From IMG/VR virus record IMGVR_UViG_2684622769_000012: DNA of 43,830 nt. One strand, given 5' to 3'. Made by a program: the position numbers and the translations under genes. This DNA comes from a virus (lineage: Duplodnaviria; Heunggongvirae; Uroviricota; Caudoviricetes). The notes beneath the pieces were generated by a model. The model ran no database searches and was not told where the DNA came from. It worked only from the letters and a program-made list of their open reading frames with translations. Below are positions 38,445-43,830 of this stretch, piece by piece. Within the stretch, counting starts at the first letter, position 1, and every line of letters begins with the position of its first letter.

Positions 38445-41045
38445 ATGAGCACAAAACCACTCTTCCTGTTACGGAAAGCGAAAAAATCATCCGGTGAACC
38501 TGACGTCGTCCTGTGGGCAAGCAACGATTTTGAATCGACCTGTGCCACTCTGGACTACCTGATCGTTAAGTCAGGTAAAAAACTGAGCAGCTATTTTAAA
38601 GCTGTTGCCACGAATTTTCCTGTCGTTAATGACCTGCCCGCTGAAGGTGAGATCGATTTTACCTGGAGTGAACGCTATCAACTCAGCAAAGACTCCATGA
38701 CATGGGAACTAAAACCGGGAGCAGCACCAGACAACGCTCACTATCAAGGCAATACCAACGTCAACGGCGAAGACATGACTGAGATTGAGGAGAATATGCT
38801 ACTCCCAATTTCTGGCCAGGAACTGCCCATTCGTTGGCTTGCTCAACACGGCAGCGAAAAACCGGTAACGCACGTTTCACGCGACGGACTCCAGGCATTA
38901 CACATTGCTCGGGCTGAAGAACTACCGGCTGTTACTGCCCTGGCTGTTTCCCACAAAACCAGCCTGCTCGACCCGCTGGAAATTCGCGAACTCCACAAAC
39001 TGGTTCGTGACACTGACAAAGTTTTCCCTAATCCTGGTAATTCAAACCTGGGACTGATAACTGCTTTTTTCGAAGCATACCTGAACGCTGACTACACCGA
39101 TCGAGGACTGCTGACAAAAGAGTGGATGAAGGGTAATCGTGTTTCACACATCACTCGCACGGCTTCCGGTGCTAATGCTGGCGGCGGAAACCTCACCGAT
39201 CGCGGCGAAGGTTTCGTACACGATCTGACGTCACTGGCGCGGGACGTAGCCACTGGCGTACTGGCCCGTTCAATGGATCTGGACATCTATAACCTTCATC
39301 CGGCACACGCTAAACGCATTGAGGAAATTATCGCTGAAAATAAACCGCCCTTTTCTGTTTTCCGCGACAAATTCATCACCATGCCTGGCGGGCTGGATTA
39401 TTCCCGCGCCATCGTGGTTGCGTCCGTAAAAGAAGCACCAATTGGGATCGAGGTCATCCCCGCGCACGTCACTGAATATCTGAACAAAGTACTGACTGAA
39501 ACCGATCATGCCAACCCTGATCCGGAAATCGTGGATATTGCCTGCGGTCGCTCCTCTGCCCCGATGCCGCAGCGAGTAACAGAAGAAGGAAAACAGGATG
39601 ATGAAGAAAAACCGCAACCATCTGGAACAACGGCAGTTGAACAGGGAGAGGCTGAAACAATGGAACCGGACGCAACTGAACATCATCAGGACACGCAGCC
39701 GCTGGATGCTCAGTCACAGGTAAATTCTGTTGATGCGAAATATCAGGAACTGCGGGCAGAACTCCATGAAGCCCGGAAAAACATTCCATCAAAAAATCCT
39801 GTCGATGCCGATAAATTGCTTGCTGCATCACGTGGTGAATTTGTTGACGGAATTAGCGACCCGAACGATCCGAAATGGGTAAAGGGGATCCAGACTCGCG
39901 ATTGTGTGTACCAGAACCAGCCAGAAACGGAAAAAACCAGCCCGGATATGAATCAACCTGAGCCAGTAGTGCAACAGGAACCGGAAATAGCCTGCAATGC
40001 CTGCGGCCAGACTGGCGGGGATAACTGCCCTGACTGTGGTGCGGTGATGGGCGACGCAACATACCAGGAAACATTCGATGAAGAGAGTCAGGTTGAAGCT
40101 AAGGAAAATGATCCGGAGGAAATGGAAGGCGCTGAACATCCGCACAATGAGAATGCTGGCAGCGATCCGCATCGCGATTGCAGTGATGAAACTGGCGAAG
40201 TCGCAGATCCCGTAATCGTAGAAGACATAGAGCCAGGTATTTATTACGGAATTTCGAATGAGAATTACCACGCGGGTCCCGGTGTCAGTAAGTCTCAGCT
40301 CGATGACATTGCTGATACTCCGGCACTGTATTTGTGGCGTAAAAATGCCCCCGTGGACACCACAAAGACAAAAACGCTCGATTTAGGAACCGCTTTCCAC
40401 TGCCGGGTACTTGAGCCGGAAGAATTCAGTAACCGCTTTATCGTAGCACCTGAATTTAACCGCCGGACAAACTCCGGAAAAGAAGAAGAGAAAGCGTTTC
40501 TGAGGGAATGCGCAAGCACAGGAAAAACGGTTATCACTGCCGAAGAAGGCCGGAAAATTGAACTCATGTATCAGAGCGTTATGGCTTTGCCGCTGGGGCA
40601 ATGGCTTGTTGAAAGCGCCGGACACGCTGAATCATCAATTTACTGGGAAGATCCTGAAACAGCAATTTTGTGTCGGTGCCGTCCGGACAAAATTATCCCT
40701 GAATTTCACTGGATCATGGACGTGAAAACTACGGCGGATATTCAACGATTCAAAACCGCTTATTACGACTACCGCTATCACGTTCAGGATGCATTCTACA
40801 GTGACGGTTATGAAGCACAGTTTGGAGTGCAGCCAACTTTCGTTTTTCTGGTTGCCAGCACAACTATTGAATGCGGACGTTATCCGGTTGAAATTTTCAT
40901 GATGGGCGAAGAAGCAAAACTGGCAGGTCAGCTGGAATATCACCGCAATCTGCGAACCCTGGCTGACTGCCTCAATACCGATGAATGGCCAGCTATTAAG
41001 ACGTTATCACTGCCCCGCTGGGCTAAGGAATATGCAAATGACTAA
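38445..41045 (+). CDS. recE: Exodeoxyribonuclease VIII (RecE)
   Basis: 866-aa ORF; C-terminal nuclease domain region ...[14 protein letters not shown]...; same length as K-12 RecE; stop overlaps the recT start. Confidence 0.9.
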   Translation: MSTKPLFLLRKAKKSSGEPDVVLWASNDFESTCATLDYLIVKSGKKLSSYFKAVATNFPVVNDLPAEGEIDFTWSERYQLSKDSMTWELKPGAAPDNAHYQGNTNVNGEDMTEIEENMLLPISGQELPIRWLAQHGSEKPVTHVSRDGLQALHIARAEELPAVTALAVSHKTSLLDPLEIRELHKLVRDTDKVFPNPGNSNLGLITAFFEAYLNADYTDRGLLTKEWMKGNRVSHITRTASGANAGGGNLTDRGEGFVHDLTSLARDVATGVLARSMDLDIYNLHPAHAKRIEEIIAENKPPFSVFRDKFITMPGGLDYSRAIVVASVKEAPIGIEVIPAHVTEYLNKVLTETDHANPDPEIVDIACGRSSAPMPQRVTEEGKQDDEEKPQPSGTTAVEQGEAETMEPDATEHHQDTQPLDAQSQVNSVDAKYQELRAELHEARKNIPSKNPVDADKLLAASRGEFVDGISDPNDPKWVKGIQTRDCVYQNQPETEKTSPDMNQPEPVVQQEPEIACNACGQTGGDNCPDCGAVMGDATYQETFDEESQVEAKENDPEEMEGAEHPHNENAGSDPHRDCSDETGEVADPVIVEDIEPGIYYGISNENYHAGPGVSKSQLDDIADTPALYLWRKNAPVDTTKTKTLDLGTAFHCRVLEPEEFSNRFIVAPEFNRRTNSGKEEEKAFLRECASTGKTVITAEEGRKIELMYQSVMALPLGQWLVESAGHAESSIYWEDPETAILCRCRPDKIIPEFHWIMDVKTTADIQRFKTAYYDYRYHVQDAFYSDGYEAQFGVQPTFVFLVASTTIECGRYPVEIFMMGEEAKLAGQLEYHRNLRTLADCLNTDEWPAIKTLSLPRWAKEYAND

Positions 41046-41847
41046 GCAACCACCAATCGCAAAAGCCGATCTGCAAAAAACTCAGGGAAACCGTGCACCA
41101 GCAGCAATTAAAAATAACGACGTGATTAGTTTTATTAACCAGCCATCAATGAAAGAGCAACTGGCAGCAGCTCTTCCACGCCATATGACGGCTGAACGTA
41201 TGATCCGTATCGCCACCACAGAAATTCGTAAAGTTCCGGCGTTAGGAAACTGTGACACTATGAGTTTTGTCAGTGCAATCGTACAGTGTTCACAGCTCGG
41301 ACTTGAGCCCGGTAGCGCCCTCGGTCATGCATATTTACTGCCTTTTGGTAATAAAAACGAAAAGAGCGGTAAAAAAAACGTTCAGCTAATCATTGGCTAT
41401 CGCGGCATGATTGATCTGGCTCGCCGTTCAGGTCAAATCGCCAGCCTGTCAGCCCGTGTTGTCCGTGAAGGTGACGAGTTTAATTTCGAATTTGGCCTTG
41501 ATGAAAAGTTAATACACCGCCCAGGAGAAAACGAAGATGCCCCTGTTACCCACGTCTATGCTGTCGCAAGACTGAAAGACGGAGGTACTCAGTTTGAAGT
41601 TATGACGCGCAAACAGATTGAGCTGGTGCGCAGCCAGAGTAAAGCTGGTAATAACGGGCCGTGGGTAACTCACTGGGAAGAAATGGCAAAGAAAACGGCT
41701 ATTCGTCGCCTGTTCAAATATCTGCCCGTATCAATTGAGATCCAGCGTGCAGTATCAATGGATGAAAAGGAACCACTGACAATCGATCCTGCAGATTCCT
41801 CTGTATTAACCGGGGAATACAGTGTAATCGATAATTCAGAGGAATAA
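41038..41847 (+). CDS. recT: Recombinase RecT (single-strand annealing protein)
   Basis: Start [28 protein letters not shown] (ATG 41038..41040) within ATGACTAA overlap with the recE stop; 269 aa. Confidence 0.9.
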   Translation: MTKQPPIAKADLQKTQGNRAPAAIKNNDVISFINQPSMKEQLAAALPRHMTAERMIRIATTEIRKVPALGNCDTMSFVSAIVQCSQLGLEPGSALGHAYLLPFGNKNEKSGKKNVQLIIGYRGMIDLARRSGQIASLSARVVREGDEFNFEFGLDEKLIHRPGENEDAPVTHVYAVARLKDGGTQFEVMTRKQIELVRSQSKAGNNGPWVTHWEEMAKKTAIRRLFKYLPVSIEIQRAVSMDEKEPLTIDPADSSVLTGEYSVIDNSEE

Positions 41848-41902
41848 TTCAGCCTGGCGGTGTAATGCACCGCCAACTTGAAATATTTTTATGAGAAAAA
41901 TT

Positions 41903-42052
41903 ATGAGATATGACAATGTTAAACCATGTCCATTTTGTGGTTGTCCATCAGTAACGGTGAAAGCCATTTCAGGATATTACCGAGCGAAGTGTAACGGATG
42001 CGAATCCCGAACCGGTTATGGTGGAAGTGAAAAAGAAGCACTCGAACGATGA
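41903..42052 (+). CDS. ralR: Restriction alleviation protein Lar/RalR, apparently truncated by an in-frame TGA at codon 50 of the 64-codon reading frame
   Basis: MRYDNVKPCPFCGCPSVTVKAISGYYRAKCNGCESRTGYGGSEKEALER then TGA; the same frame continues NKRTTGNNNGGVHV to TAA, which would give a 64-aa protein; an upstream in-frame ATG at 41891 is an alternative start. Confidence 0.6.
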   Translation: MRYDNVKPCPFCGCPSVTVKAISGYYRAKCNGCESRTGYGGSEKEALER

Positions 42053-42089
42053 AATAAACGAACCACTGGAAATAATAATGGAGGTGTTC

Positions 42090-42278
42090 ATGTATAAAAT
42101 TACCGCCACTATTGAAAAGGAAGGTGGCACTCCTACTAACTGGACAAGATATTCAAAATCTAAACTAACGAAATCAGAATGCGAAAAAATGCTCTCAGGT
42201 AAAAAAGAAGCAGGCGTTTCCAGAGAGCAGAAAGTAAAACTGATAAATTTTAATTGCGAGAAACTTCAGTCCTCGTGA
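42090..42278 (+). CDS. ydaC: Rac small protein YdaC (DUF1187)
   Basis: MYKITATIEKEGGTPTNWTRYSKSKLTKSECEKMLSGKKEAGVSREQKVKLINFNCEKLQSS; RBS GGAGG 5 nt upstream of ATG 42090. Confidence 0.7.
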   Translation: MYKITATIEKEGGTPTNWTRYSKSKLTKSECEKMLSGKKEAGVSREQKVKLINFNCEKLQSS

Positions 42279-42377
42279 ATTGCATTGTATTCAAATTAAA
42301 ACTTCATAGCTGATTATTAATAATCAACATCGGGCGTCAATTTAAGTCTAACATTGGCGCCTGCCAGAGGTGATGCG

Positions 42378-42593
42378 ATGGCACAAGTAATCTTTAATGA
42401 AGAGTGGATGGTTGAATACGGCCTGATGCTTCGCACTGGTCTGGGGGCCAGACAAATTGAAGCATACCGCCAGAACTGTTGGGTGGAAGGCTTCCACTTC
42501 AAACGAGTATCTCCTTTAGGGAAGCCAGACAGTAAGCGAGGGATTATCTGGTATAACTATCCAAAGATAAATCAGTTTATCAAAGACTCATGA
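42378..42593 (+). CDS. xisR: Excisionase XisR (YdaQ)
   Basis: [71 protein letters not shown] (71 aa); RBS GAGGTGA upstream; immediately upstream of int. Confidence 0.8.
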   Translation: MAQVIFNEEWMVEYGLMLRTGLGARQIEAYRQNCWVEGFHFKRVSPLGKPDSKRGIIWYNYPKINQFIKDS

Positions 42594-42594
42594 T

Positions 42595-43830
42595 ATGTCT
42601 AAATTACCAACAGGTGTCGAGATTCGAGGTAAATACATTCGCATCTGGTTCATGTTTCGAGGAAAACGATGTCGGGAAACATTGAAAGGCTGGGAGGTTA
42701 CTAACAGTAACATTAAAAAAGCCGGGAATTTAAGAGCGTTGATAGTTCATGAAATCAATTCCGGTGAGTTTGAGTATTTAAGACGTTTTCCCCAGTCCAG
42801 CACTGGGGCAAAAATGGTGACAACGAGGGTCATAAAAACGTTCGGGGAGCTTTGTGATATCTGGACAAAAATTAAAGAAACAGAGTTAACAACAAACACA
42901 ATGAAGAAAACGAAATCACAATTAAAAACACTCAGGATAATAATTTGTGAGAGTACTCCGATATCGCATATTCGTTATAGCGATATCTTAAACTACCGGA
43001 ATGAACTGCTGCATGGAGAAACGCTTTACCTGGATAATCCAAGATCCAACAAAAAAGGAAGAACCGTGCGCACAGTTGATAACTATATCGCCCTGCTCTG
43101 TTCGTTGTTACGTTTTGCGTATCAGTCGGGATTTATATCAACCAAACCATTTGAAGGAGTAAAGAAATTACAGAGAAACAGAATAAAGCCTGACCCGTTA
43201 TCTAAAACAGAATTCAATGCATTAATGGAAAGTGAAAAAGGACAGAGCCAGAACTTGTGGAAATTTGCCGTATACTCCGGGCTTCGTCACGGGGAACTGG
43301 CTGCTCTGGCGTGGGAGGATGTGGATTTCGAGAAGGGAGTTGTGAATGTCAGAAGAAACCTGACGATACTGGATATGTTCGGTCCCCCAAAAACAAATGC
43401 GGGGATCCGGACGGTAACACTACTGCAGCCTGCTCTTGAAGCACTGAAGGAGCAATACAAACTGACCGGGCATCATCGCAAAAGCGAAATCACTTTTTAT
43501 CATCGGGAGTACGGCAGAACCGAAAAGCAAAAACTGCATTTTGTTTTCATGCCCAGAGTGTGTAACGGAAAACAGAAACCTTATTACTCGGTAAGCAGTT
43601 TGGGTGCGAGATGGAATGCAGCAGTAAAACGTGCTGGTATTCGCCGCCGTAATCCGTACCATACGCGGCATACTTTTGCCTGCTGGCTGTTGACGGCAGG
43701 AGCGAACCCGGCGTTTATAGCCAGCCAGATGGGGCATGAAACTGCGCAGATGGTGTATGAAATTTACGGTATGTGGATTGATGACATGAACGACGAACAG
43801 GTAGCCATGTTGAATGCGCGGTTATCGTAG
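42595..43830 (+). CDS. intR: Tyrosine integrase IntR
   Basis: 411-aa ORF; C-terminal catalytic region with ...HTRHTFACWLL...Y...; stop TAG is the last three bases of the window. Confidence 0.9.
   Translation: MSKLPTGVEIRGKYIRIWFMFRGKRCRETLKGWEVTNSNIKKAGNLRALIVHEINSGEFEYLRRFPQSSTGAKMVTTRVIKTFGELCDIWTKIKETELTTNTMKKTKSQLKTLRIIICESTPISHIRYSDILNYRNELLHGETLYLDNPRSNKKGRTVRTVDNYIALLCSLLRFAYQSGFISTKPFEGVKKLQRNRIKPDPLSKTEFNALMESEKGQSQNLWKFAVYSGLRHGELAALAWEDVDFEKGVVNVRRNLTILDMFGPPKTNAGIRTVTLLQPALEALKEQYKLTGHHRKSEITFYHREYGRTEKQKLHFVFMPRVCNGKQKPYYSVSSLGARWNAAVKRAGIRRRNPYHTRHTFACWLLTAGANPAFIASQMGHETAQMVYEIYGMWIDDMNDEQVAMLNARLS

Larger units (their letters stand above)
1..43830. mobile_element. Rac-like lambdoid prophage, partial: left edge inside tail gene J, right edge at the integrase stop codon; no att site in window
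   Basis: Gene content and order match Rac (intR, xisR, ydaC, ralR, recT, recE, racC, ydaE, kilR, sieB, ydaF, ydaG, ydaT, ydaU, ydaV, trkG) plus complete lambda-type tail genes H-M-L-K-I-J. Recognised from ORF translations by memory. Confidence 0.9.

Noticed and set aside
39092-40943. Cluster of minus-strand ORFs (64 to 147 aa) inside recE
   Set aside because: Antisense to the full-length 866-aa RecE ORF; no RBS or coding-like composition.
1-43830. Search for tRNA, rRNA, CRISPR repeats and IS/transposase genes
   Set aside because: No T-loop consensus (GGTTCGAATCC or its complement), no regularly spaced direct repeats, and no transposase-like ORF were seen by eye; a tRNA in the Q-to-S gap was specifically looked for and not found.

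Overview
The window is essentially one Rac-like lambdoid prophage of an E. coli-type host, cut inside tail-tip gene J at the left edge and ending exactly at the integrase stop codon at the right edge. The basis is protein-level recognition of the supplied ORF translations (recalled from memory, no searches run): IntR, XisR/YdaQ, YdaC, RalR/Lar, RecT, RecE (866 aa), RacC, YdaE, KilR, SieB, YdaF/G, YdaT/U/V and TrkG. Unlike the defective K-12 Rac, this copy looks intact. From right to left on the minus strand it carries a replication module, a nin-like region with a Q-like gene, a phage-21-type lysis cassette, trkG, a ParB-like/GT-A-like pair, and a full packaging, head and lambda-like tail module (TerS to J). 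The plus-strand early-left operon (kilR to int) sits at the right. Accessory, visibly AT-rich insertions not explained by core phage functions are the main hunt targets: (1) two tandem lipoproteins whose C-termini resemble TolA domain III, between Q and the holin; (2) a tightly linked two-gene cassette (about 340 aa plus 333 aa) preceded by a small wHTH gene, in the replication/nin hotspot, one protein carrying an R-x4-H (HEPN-like) motif; (3) a YeaR-like (DUF1971) moron and a 28-aa hydrophobic micro-ORF. No tRNA, rRNA, CRISPR array or IS element was found. Two N-masked blocks of about 330 nt lie inside J. All homology statements are from memory and reading of the sequence and need alignment to confirm.
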